The notes under the pieces are model-generated. The model ran no database searches. It was not told where the DNA came from and saw nothing but the letters and a program-made list of their open reading frames with translations. This document shows, one piece after another, positions 1 to 8,688 of a DNA stretch of 64,000 nt. The DNA is from Methanobacteriota archaeon (lineage in GTDB: Archaea > Halobacteriota > Bog-38 > Methanoflorentales > Methanoflorentaceae), in contig CAVVIU010000002.1 in the NCBI GenBank assembly GCA_963748445.1, positions 8,974 to 72,973 on the forward strand, given 5' to 3'. Every line of letters begins with the position of its first letter. Positions within the stretch are counted from its first letter, which is position 1. The translations under genes were made by a program, and so were the position numbers.

Positions 1-262
1 CAAAAATACCTTTGAAAAGGTTCAATCGTGGCCTTCGCACGGTCTTCTGCTTGTAGTGCCCTTTTATGTTTTTTGTAAAATACTTGAGGTCATTCTTTTC
101 TGGATCTAACCCAAGTGAATCCACAAACCCGGTGACAACTTCCTGGGGCACACCTGAATATTGATAGACGCTCGAATCACAAAATTCTACTTCAAGCGTC
201 GACGTCTCTTTATCGTATCCCACAGCTCTGACGCTGATAGAAACAACAATCTCACGATCCAT
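1..262 (-). CDS. KTSC domain-containing protein (partial, continues beyond window start)
   Basis: Minus-strand ATG at 262-260. My translation MDREIVVSISVRAVGYDKETSTLEVEFCDSSVYQYSGVPQEVVTGF fits the KTSC pattern (VGYD...L.V.F..G..Y.Y..VP). The frame stays open to position 1, so it is absent from the ORF track. Confidence 0.5.
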   Translation of the reverse strand, partial: MDREIVVSISVRAVGYDKETSTLEVEFCDSSVYQYSGVPQEVVTGFVDSLGLDPEKNDLKYFTKNIKGHYKQKTVRRPRLNLFKGIF

Positions 263-417
263 AATCTTACTCTGATTTAACTATATATAACTTTTCTGAG
301 TTTAAAAATTTCGTTCAGTCAGACCCGAAGGGGCAGTGCGAGAAATGGCCTGTTCACTTTATTATTCGCTTTATCTCATTTCATTGAATATCTGTTCGGC
401 ACTTGGCTATGTGGAAG

Positions 418-1242
418 CTAGATATGAAGTCGAAGCCTTGTCCCGACTGAAGTGAAAATGAACTCAGATTGTGTGCACATAATTCCTGCAGCATTCCAGC
501 CGGTACAATGCGATGCAGCAATATATGTAATCTCACGTTCCTTAAGAAACGTTGCAACCGCACATATCTGTGCCTCCGTTGCATCGATGAGGTGCATACC
601 GCCGATAACTCCGCAAACCGGTTTGTCTGTTATCGTTTCAGCCTGCCTGATTGTGTTGCAAACGCCCGCATGTGCACAACCGAGCAGTAAAATCGACTTC
701 TGTGCTCCTTCTACGACAACTGCCACATCATCCCAAACGTGATCTGTAAAGCAACCGTTAGAGTCCAGAAATAAGCCGTTGAGGGCCTGGTCTTCTGGGA
801 TGGGACGATTGATTTGACCTGTCGTCCAGATCCCTTCCATTTCTTCCTTCGGTTCCTTCTGCAAGCGAAGGTGCGCACCGCGATGCTCCAACTCCTCCTT
901 GCTAATCGCCATCCCGACACTGCGCACTTCCCTCCCAGATCCAGTTATTGAAAAACGCTCGGAAAAAACGTCAGGGTGTGCTATTATATTCATCTCTGGA
1001 AAAATGCGTAAAAATGAGCACAACCCTCCGGTATGATCATAGTGGCCGTGGCTTAGGATAATGGGGGGATTGTAGAACGTTGTACCGAGAATCAAAGCGT
1101 TGTGCACCGCAGCGCTAGTCTGCCCGACGTCAAACAGTATCTGCCGCCCGCTTCTTTCAAGCAGAATAGAAAGCCCGTGTTCGGCGATCAACCCTCGCGT
1201 GTTCACTGTATTGTCGCAGAGAATCGTAATATCAATCTTCAT
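418..1242 (-). CDS. MBL-fold metallo-hydrolase (COG1237-like)
   Basis: ORF 418..1254; the likely start is the internal MKIDITILCDN. LSHGHYDHTGGL is the metallo-beta-lactamase HxHxDH motif. The N-terminus MKI.I..DN....L..EHGLS is typical of the COG1237 family. Confidence 0.7.
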   Translation of the reverse strand: MKIDITILCDNTVNTRGLIAEHGLSILLERSGRQILFDVGQTSAAVHNALILGTTFYNPPIILSHGHYDHTGGLCSFLRIFPEMNIIAHPDVFSERFSITGSGREVRSVGMAISKEELEHRGAHLRLQKEPKEEMEGIWTTGQINRPIPEDQALNGLFLDSNGCFTDHVWDDVAVVVEGAQKSILLLGCAHAGVCNTIRQAETITDKPVCGVIGGMHLIDATEAQICAVATFLKEREITYIAASHCTGWNAAGIMCTQSEFIFTSVGTRLRLHI

Positions 1243-1484
1243 TCTACATTCCACCCTACTCTGTAACCGTATACTTATTTATACTTGTAGAGTAAGAGCA
1301 TGCCATGCAGGATTCTGACAGAACAAGAGTATCGCTGCGTTTCAACGCTGTCACAAACAACCCTGTGGCAGTGTTGTTTTCATTTATATGAAGCGTATGC
1401 AAACGGCTATTTTTGTGTTAATCTATCAGATATCAAGGCACGATTCTTTCGTGACTTCTAAAAGTATTACCCTCGCCCATGTTC

Positions 1485-1878
1485 CTATCTACTCAATAGT
1501 TCGGAACGAGCGCGGTCATTTCCAGCCGTATCTCTTCGAGCCGTCGCTGAGAGTGCCTTTATCTCCTCGTCAATTTCTAGTTGTTTTTTCCAGTCGGCAA
1601 CTCCCCTGTTCGACTCTCACCAGCTCCTCTCCCGTAACATACTGCCATTTTCCGCGGCACCTCGAAGGTTCAAAGTAGTGATAAGGGCCGTGTAACTGCC
1701 CTTGCCTGCACCTGCAGTTGCGCTTGCCACAACGGATATGCCGCCGCCGCAGTGAGCCAGGAAGTGGTTGCAATTGGTCTCTTTCTATTTTGAGGATGTT
1801 AATCTGGTCAACTATCCTATTGCTCTCATCCAATAGTCTCTTAACATCACGTAACGTTTGTTCGGTGGTTTCCCGCAT
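1485..1878 (-). CDS. hypothetical Cys-rich protein (DUF6788-like motif), apparent frameshift near 1597
   Basis: ORF 1570..1878 contains CGKRNCRCRQGQLHGPYHYF. After a one-base shift near 1597 the frame continues as ADWKKQLEIDEEIKALSATARR to a stop at 1485-1487. The family assignment is from memory only. Confidence 0.35.
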
Positions 1879-2037
1879 AGGTATCGTTAATGTTCCTTAA
1901 TTCTTGCTTTCTAGGATATGTAGTCCTGTCCTGTATATGTATATATATTACTTTCTTACACTTATAATGTTTCAATATGCTAATATCAGAGTAAGATTTA
2001 TATGATAGAACATCAGAGTAAGATACGAAGATGTATT

Positions 2038-2916
2038 ATGACAACTCGAAATGATAGTGAAACTCACGTACCACTGAAACAACATCCCAGCACTGCTCGT
2101 CTGCGAACGTTGGCAAGGCACTGCATCATCGTGATGAGCGGAAAAGGCGGCGTTGGGAAATCGACGATATCAGCCAATCTTGCGGTAGCGCTTTCTAACA
2201 AGAGTTACGCGGTAGGGTTGCTGGACGCAGATCTGACCAGCCCGAGCATCCCGCGCATATTGGGGTTGCACGGGAATGTGACGTGTGAAGACAACCAGTT
2301 AGTGCCCATATCATATTCAGAGAGACTCAAAGTGCTCTCGACAGGCTTTCTAATCCCGTCGTCGGACTGCGCAATCGTGTGGCGAGGTGGTCTCAAAATG
2401 GCCGCAATCAGGCAGTTCATTAACGAGACAAAGTGGGGCACACTCGACTTTATGGTCGTTGATCTTCCGCCAGGCACCAGCGATGAACCCTTATCCATCG
2501 CACAGGACCTCACACCTGATGGAGCACTGATTGTCACTACCCCCCAAGATGTCGCTCTCATCAGTTCAAGGAAATCGGTTGACTTCGCCCGCAAGTTGGA
2601 GGTACCAATTATTGGCATCATCGAAAACATGAGCGGATACACGTGTCCAACGTGCGGCACGCGTGTGGACATATTCAAGAGTGGCGGTGGAGAGCGATCT
2701 GCCGGTGAACTTGGGGTTTTATTTATTTGCCGCGTGCCGCTCGATGCAACTATCTGCGAATCAGGGGATAGCGGCAGACCGATCGGGGAAAATAGCGCGA
2801 ACTGCCTGCACGCAGCAGAGAGCATGGAAGTGATTGCAAACAGCGTGTTACAATTTTACGGGATGAAAGAGAGTGCTTTCACCATGACCAAAACACGACA
2901 AGGAGGTGACAAATAA
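2038..2916 (+). CDS. Mrp/NBP35 (ApbC) family Fe-S cluster carrier ATPase
   Basis: ORF 2002..2916. Deviant Walker A VMSGKGGVGKST, DADLTSPS, DFMVVDLPPGTSDE, and CPTCG in ENMSGYTCPTCG. The ATG at 2038 (MTTRND) is the preferred start. Confidence 0.85.
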   Translation: MTTRNDSETHVPLKQHPSTARLRTLARHCIIVMSGKGGVGKSTISANLAVALSNKSYAVGLLDADLTSPSIPRILGLHGNVTCEDNQLVPISYSERLKVLSTGFLIPSSDCAIVWRGGLKMAAIRQFINETKWGTLDFMVVDLPPGTSDEPLSIAQDLTPDGALIVTTPQDVALISSRKSVDFARKLEVPIIGIIENMSGYTCPTCGTRVDIFKSGGGERSAGELGVLFICRVPLDATICESGDSGRPIGENSANCLHAAESMEVIANSVLQFYGMKESAFTMTKTRQGGDK

Positions 2917-3257
2917 TGCCCGGATTTGATAGAACTGGACCTGTTGGTTGCGGCCCCATGACCGGAAGGAGACAGGGGCTCTGCACAGGTTTGACATCTC
3001 GCAGGTTTGCCGATTGGAGATCGCCAATACTCGGTAGGGGCGGAAGAGGCAGAGGCTATAGGTGGTGTTACTACGCTACAGGCCTACCCAGATGGGCGCG
3101 AACTGGCCCTTTCGAAGACGTTCCTTTCGATGTAGACAAAGCGACAATTAAAGAAGCTCTTGAAGAAGAGGCAAGCTTGTTGGCAGATGAGCTCAATAAA
3201 ATCAAAATGCGACTTGAAGAAATCAAAACTGAAGAAGACAACAGGGATGCGCAGTAG
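2916..3257 (+). CDS. DUF5320 family protein
   Basis: The N-terminus MPGFDRTGPVGCGPMTGRRQGLC, an RGGRGRG tract and a C-terminal coiled coil (EEEASLLADELNKIKMRLEEIK) are characteristic. The start overlaps the Mrp stop (ATAATG). Confidence 0.7.
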   Translation: MPGFDRTGPVGCGPMTGRRQGLCTGLTSRRFADWRSPILGRGGRGRGYRWCYYATGLPRWARTGPFEDVPFDVDKATIKEALEEEASLLADELNKIKMRLEEIKTEEDNRDAQ

Positions 3258-3286
3258 ACTGTCGCATAACACGAGAGGTAAATACA

Positions 3287-3607
3287 ATGCGAATTGCTGT
3301 TACCGCCCAAGGTAACGATGTGACAGCGCCTGTAGATTCACGGTTTGGGCGCTGTCAGTACTTTATTATCTACGACACAGATACAAATGAGTTTGTGGTC
3401 AGAGCGAATGAAAGCGCAGCAAGATCAGGCGCAGGCATTCAAAGTGCACAATTCATGATCGACCACAACGTGCAGGTGGTCATCTCCGGTGAGGTAGGGC
3501 CAAATGCACGACAGGTATTGCAGAGTGCAGGAATTGAAATACGAACTACAACTGCTAGAACGGTACGAGAAGCCGTGGAGCAGTTTCTCAAAGGAGGTTA
3601 CACATGA
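3287..3607 (+). CDS. NifB/NifX-family (COG1433) cofactor-binding domain protein
   Basis: MRIAVTAQGNDVTAPVDSRFGRCQYFIIYD ... GAGIQSAQFMIDHNVQVVISGEVGPNA matches the NifX/NifB C-terminal-domain pattern. Confidence 0.8.
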   Translation: MRIAVTAQGNDVTAPVDSRFGRCQYFIIYDTDTNEFVVRANESAARSGAGIQSAQFMIDHNVQVVISGEVGPNARQVLQSAGIEIRTTTARTVREAVEQFLKGGYT

Positions 3608-3966
3608 AAATTGCTATTGCTACAGAAAACGGAGAAGTGTGCGGACATTTTGGACATTGCCCTGAATACACACTATACACAGTTGAAGACACAGAGATAC
3701 GAGTAAAAGAGGTGATTCCAAATCCTGGACATAAGCCGAATTTTCTGCCAGGATATTTGCACCAATTTGGCGTAGACGTAATTATTGCCGGAGGCATGGG
3801 GCCAAAGGCGCAAACGCTCTTTGCCGAAGCAGGCATCGATGCCATACTTGGCGTCGCGGGGACCACCGAAGAGACCATTGAACGATATGTAAAAGGGACA
3901 CTTCAACCGGGAGCGAGCAGCTGCGAGCACGGAAGCTTCAGCCACGCAGGCTGCCCTAACCACTGA
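3604..3966 (+). CDS. NifB/NifX-family (COG1433) cofactor-binding domain protein, second subtype
   Basis: MKIAIATENGEVCGHFGHCPEYTLY ... NPGHKPNFLPGYLHQFGVDVIIAGGMGPKA. The start overlaps the preceding stop by 4 nt. Confidence 0.8.
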   Translation: MKIAIATENGEVCGHFGHCPEYTLYTVEDTEIRVKEVIPNPGHKPNFLPGYLHQFGVDVIIAGGMGPKAQTLFAEAGIDAILGVAGTTEETIERYVKGTLQPGASSCEHGSFSHAGCPNH

Positions 3967-4003
3967 GCTATTGGAAAATGTAAGGAAGGACGCGCACGAG
4001 ACT

Positions 4004-4868
4004 ATGATCATCTCAGTCGCAAGCGGGAAAGGGCGGCACGGGTAAGACAACAGTAGCAGTCAACTTAGCTCTTGCCGTCGCACGTGAGTCAAAAGTCCAA
4101 TTTTTTGATTGTGACGTCGAAGCGCCCAATGCACAATTCTTTTTACAGCCTCAATTTGACCATCGCGAAGCGGTGAAGGCAGCGTGCCCTACGGTTAACG
4201 GAACTCTCTGTACGTTTTGCGGTAGGTGTGCCGAGGTGTGCGCATTCAACGCGCTTGCAGTGCTGAAAGATCGCGTGCTCGTATTTCCAGAGCTCTGCCA
4301 CGACTGTGGCGGATGCGCACGGTTCTGTCCAGAAAACGCCATTGGCAAAAAAGAGCACGACATCGGCTTTGTAGAATCTGGATATGCGGGAACTATTGAG
4401 TTCTTTCAAGGGACGTTAACCCCGGGGGAGGCATTTGCACCCCCCATTATCTGTGCGCTCAAGCGCAAAATGAGCGATGATTCGATCGTTATAGTAGATG
4501 CGCCACCGGGCACCTCGTGCCCTGTTGTTGAAGCGATACAGGGAAGCGATTGTTGTCTGCTAGTAGCAGAGCCTACTCCCTTCGGACTACACGACTTAAC
4601 CCTCGCGGTGGAGCTCGTGCGTAAGTTGCGGTTACAAGCAGGTGTCGTCATTAACCGTGCGGACGTGGGCGACAATAAGGTGGAGGCGTATTGCATCCAC
4701 GAAGGGCTTCCCGTGATCATGAAGCTCCCGTACGACAAACAGCTTGCAATCAAGTACGCTGAGGGTACGCCAGCAGTAGATGTGCTTCCGACGTACAACG
4801 AGAAGTTCTCTCAACTTTACTTGGATATAAAAACCTTACACAATAACAAGTATTTCCGTACAACATAA
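4004..4868 (+). CDS. MinD/ParA-type P-loop ATPase with inserted 2x[4Fe-4S] ferredoxin domain (COG1149), frameshifted in the P-loop
   Basis: ATG 4004 gives MIISVASGK, then a stop at 4043. Removing one G from the run 4031-4033 restores GKGGTGKTTVAVNLALAVARESKVQFFDCDVEAPN, which joins ORF 4173..4868 (CPTVNGTLCTFCGRCAEVC, CHDCGGCARFCP, VDAPPGTSCP). Confidence 0.75.
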
Positions 4869-4903
4869 CGAACTCATATCGATATGAAAGAAGGAGTGAG
4901 AAC

Positions 4904-5766
4904 ATGAAGACATTGACCGTAGTGAGCGGCAAAGGGGGCACCGGAAAGACGTCAATCGTAGGATCGTTTGCAGCGCTATCAAAGAACTCGGTTTTTGCTG
5001 ATTGCGATGTTGACGCAGCCGATCTGAGCCTCATTATGGACTGCACAGTTGAGGGAGTCGCACGATTTTGTAGCCTCTCAGAAGGCGCAGATAGATGTTG
5101 ATAAATGCATTCAGTGCGACATCTGCGAGGAGGTGTGCCACTTTGATGCAATTCACGCCTATCGCAGTTGACCGCCTGTCGTGTGAAGGGTGTAAGGTGT
5201 GTTCTCTTGTGTGCCCAAAACAAGCCATAACGATGGAAGATGCGCTATCTGGGCAACTTTTCGTCTCGGACACTCCTTACGGACCACTAGTTCACGCACA
5301 GCTTGAACCAGGCGAGGCTAACTCAGGGAAACTCGTCACGCTCGTGCGGCAGACAGCTGAGAAGATTGCAGAAGAGACCACGCGTGAGTGTATTATAATT
5401 GATGGGCCGCCCGGCATTGGATGCCCGGTAATTGCATCCATCACAGGCGCAACAGCAGCCCTTATTGTGACCGAGCCCACCCTCTCAGGAATTCGCGACC
5501 TGACACGGGTGCTATCTGTTTGTCAACATTTCAATGTGCCCACGTTTGTGTGCGTCAATCGGTATGACTTGCACGAAGGCAATACCAAGCATATTGAAAA
5601 ATTCTGTCAGGAAAAGGGTATAGAACTCATAGGAAAGATCCCATGTGACCTAAACGTCACACGTGCTATTGTCTACCAAATTCCGGTAGTCAGATACGCC
5701 GCCAGCAAGGCGCCACAAGAAATTAAGAAGCTCTGGAACCGATTGACGGAACAAGCGCAATTATGA
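4904..5766 (+). CDS. MinD/ParA-type P-loop ATPase with inserted 2x[4Fe-4S] ferredoxin domain (COG1149), two frameshifts
   Basis: MKTLTVVSGKGGTGKTS (frame 2). KAQIDVDKCIQCDICEEVCHFDAIH (frame 0, 5061-5156). PIAVDRLSCEGCKVCSLVCPKQAI ... IIDGPPGIGCP (frame 1, ORF 5095..5766). Extra bases lie at 5060 and 5157. Confidence 0.75.
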
Positions 5767-5796
5767 GCTGTGAAGCTGAATTTTTATTCCGTGAAC

Positions 5797-7016
5797 ATGG
5801 AGCAGATAACGACAGCTACTCCTGATGGCACCAGAGTAAGTGTCATCGCTATCATTGCCAATATTCTGCTAATGGCAAGTAAGATCACAGTGGGAGTGTT
5901 GTTCAGGAGCGTCGGTTTAATTGCAGACGGCGTACATTCCCTAGCTGATATATTTGGCGTCGGCGTAGTTCTCATCGGATTGAGAGTTTCTAGCCGTCCA
6001 GCAGATGTTGAGCATCCGTACGGCCATTCAAAGGCAGAACCGATTGCCGAACTCGTGGTAGCATTCATCGTTATACTAACGGGTCTTTTCATTATCTACG
6101 ATTCTATTACGGCTTTGTTGACCAAAAGCGTAGCGTCTGAAGTCCAAATTGGCATTACCGTAGCTGGTATATCAGCGGTAACAGCGTGGGTTTTATCACA
6201 CTATAAAAAAATGGTGGGAAATCAGATTAAATCAAGCGCTCTCATAGCAGAGTCAAAACACTCAGTAATTGACGCTATCTCCTCGCTGTCTGTTGCGGCG
6301 GGCCTTATTTTAACAAGTCTTGGTTTCTGGTACATGGATCCGATAGTCGGTATAGTGATTTCAATGCTTATCATACAGATTGGTATAAGCGTGACGAGGA
6401 CATCTGTTGACACGCTTATGGACAAAGAGGCCCCTCCTGAACTACGTGAACGTATTAGAGAGGCCATTGAAAGCGTGCCTGAGGTTAAAGGGGTAAATTA
6501 CATACATTCGAGAGGCAGCTGGAACTATAAGATAGTGGATGCGTCTATCACAGTAAGTAGAGGGTTAACGGTAAGTGATATCTCCGCGTTACAGGAGAGA
6601 ATAAAAGAGGGAATATTTTCAGCGATTCCTGAGGTCCACCAGGTAAATGTGATGGTGAATGAGTATACAGATATCATAACTGTTGCGGCAAGCTCAACCG
6701 GGATTGGCCTAGAGGCTGCATTTGCCAATGACTTAGGAAATTGCGACTATTTCGTTATTGCAACCGTGCAGAAAGACGCAATTAATGTGGTAGCGTCATT
6801 TGAAAACCCGTACAAAGAGCTCTCGCGAAAGAAGGGGCAAAAATCGCCGATTTTATGCACGATCATAAGGTTGATGTGGTCATTACGGGCCACGCAGGTG
6901 AAGGTGCTATGCAGTGGCTGAGAGGATACGGTATAAACATTAAAGTAGTCGATGGCTCGGGTTTACGTGTTTTTGATGCTATAAACTCTGTAAAATTATT
7001 CGCTCAAAAGAATTAA
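5797..7016 (+). CDS. cation diffusion facilitator (CDF) transporter fused to a C-terminal NifX-like domain; frameshift near 6830
   Basis: ORF 5770..6921 has CDF motifs (HSLADIFG, HPYGHSKAEP, six TM helices, a cytoplasmic domain). It runs without a stop into IITVAASSTGIGLEAAFANDLGNCDYFVIATV. After a -1 shift near 6830 the domain continues as GAKIADFMHDHKVDVVITGHAGEGAMQWLRGYGINIKVV to a stop at 7014-7016. Confidence 0.7.
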
Positions 7017-7357
7017 CTTCATAACTGTTAGCCGCATGAGATGGCAGAAAGCGAGGAAGAGTGAACTAGTATGCTTAACATTCGAAGTTGTATCTTTATC
7101 TTTGTGTTCAATCTATCTTGCGCCATGTTTTTCTATTTATGAGTATTAACTATCGATAAATGCTTCCTCTACGATAGGTTATATGTTATCTAATAATCTA
7201 GTAGCTTCATCTTCAGACTCTACACCGTGAACCCACATAATGTGAAGACAATAATAGTGATGACCAACATTCGTCAGTTCAGTTAATACGCGCAACGAAA
7301 TCGCGGCTCATATAATATTAATTATATGTCTTTGTAGCTACAAATATACTAGATAGT

Positions 7358-7732
7358 ATGAACGAATCTTTTGTGCTTTCGGCGAATTCAACCAGTCGTG
7401 ACCTGCTACCAGTCGCTATGGCAGTGCACGAAATACTCAATCGACTGCCGGTAACGATGCGCAGCAAAAACAACCGTGGAATCAAAATCGAGAACGGAGA
7501 AGTAAAAAGTGAGAGCTATACGGGGCCAGTTCTGGAAATAGTGTTAAAGGAAAATCTAACGATAAAGACAAAGCCAGAATCTGGCGACTATAAAGATATA
7601 CCAGTGATTGTTGCCCCTATACGGGACAGCACGGGGTTGCCGATCGCTGCGATAGGTATTGTCGATATTACCGGTATCTTTGATCTGGCAGACTTAATGA
7701 AACATCAAACAGAATGGTGGAAAAAGGGCTGA
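7358..7732 (+). CDS. conserved archaeal hypothetical protein (possibly DUF2111-like)
   Basis: Clean 124-aa ORF preceded by an AT-rich region. Its resemblance to small methanogen-specific proteins is from memory and unverified. Confidence 0.4.
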   Translation: MNESFVLSANSTSRDLLPVAMAVHEILNRLPVTMRSKNNRGIKIENGEVKSESYTGPVLEIVLKENLTIKTKPESGDYKDIPVIVAPIRDSTGLPIAAIGIVDITGIFDLADLMKHQTEWWKKG

Positions 7733-8362
7733 AGACAGAAGATGAGAGATCTAATCTAGCAGACTTACCTGCCTTTAGGGCCAGCAACGCGAACGTTGGG
7801 CACCTGCTGACCTTGTTCTTGTGGCAATCGGATACCACTTAGCAATCAATAAATACTGATTATTCTGTGCACGTTGTTGATCCGTTGTTAACGCACGGCA
7901 AGTGCGCTTGTCAGCGGGCTATCAATGGGAACATTGCATCCAGTGCGAGGTCAACCGCCTGGACGGACAGTTTTAACAACTCTAGAAGCAACGCACTGTC
8001 CCGAATGAATCCAACGCTAGAACTCCCTAAAGTAAGATGAGCGTTCTGCACCACTTGTTTGGTGTAGTAAGAGACGTCCTCATTCGGTGCCTTACTCATC
8101 TAAAAAGGTCATGGCTAAAATGCAAAGGAACGATAGATGGTCTTCTTGCATTGACGGATTGAAACAATTTTAGTTTTGAACGCTAACAAATATTGGTAAT
8201 TCTTTCTTATTTCCCAAAACGAGGTGTTTCTCTGCCTTGCGAGACGATAGTTTGTGCCATAAAAAAGGGATTTAGCTATCCGTTCACATTGTGAATTTAA
8301 CTTCTTAAAATTCTACGTTGTTATACCCCTCTCACAAGTCCTTCACAAGTCCTCATCTTTAA

Positions 8363-8458
8363 CTAGAGGCATAGCTGGGTAATGTTGACGTTGGCGTGGC
8401 CTAACAGCAGCTGGACTGTCCGGATGTCCGCTCTCGGCCTCAGCATGGCATTGGCATT
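8363..8458 (-). pseudogene. tyrosine recombinase (integrase) C-terminal remnant
   Basis: The minus-strand translation NANAMLRPRADIRTVQLLLGHANVNITQLCL* contains the recombinase box II signature (D.R.VQ.LLGH....T). The catalytic Tyr is recovered only after a 1-nt shift (ITQ-YASS). No upstream recombinase body exists because the ABC permease occupies that space. Confidence 0.4.
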
Positions 8459-8571
8459 GACGTGGACATTGACATCATGTTCATCATGGACATCATATCA
8501 GTCATGGGCATCAGGATATAGCACACCATTAACACCATGTCTGGCATAAACGGCATTAAACAAAAAGGCAT
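8440..8571 (-). CDS. Met-rich 43-aa small ORF (16 Met); putative, function unknown
   Basis: Not in the track because it is under 60 aa. GAGGTGA lies 6 nt upstream of the ATG at 8571. Translation: MPFCLMPFMPDMVLMVCYILMPMTDMMSMMNMMSMSTSMPMPC*. It sits directly downstream of the ABC-2 permease on the same strand. Confidence 0.3.
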   Translation of the reverse strand: MPFCLMPFMPDMVLMVCYILMPMTDMMSMMNMMSMSTSMPMPC

Positions 8572-8688
8572 TTTTTCACCTCTAGCGTTTTTAGCACGTT
8601 TACTTAATTTAAAGCCTTTGGGTTTTCGTTTATGTTCGACTGCAATGACGTACGTAGCGGTGGGACGTCGATACGCGATCGCGGTGAG

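Noticed and set aside
7911-8099. 62-aa minus-strand ORF in the ORF-poor 7.7-8.4 kb stretch
   Set aside because: It has no RBS, no recognisable motif and no continuation in neighbouring frames. It may be another fragment of the decayed element, but this is unsupported.
8445-8552. Plus-strand reading of the ATG-rich repeat (MALALTWTLTSCSSWTSYQSW...)
   Set aside because: It has no RBS, and it opposes all flanking genes. The minus-strand Met-rich frame has the better translation signal. Both remain unproven.
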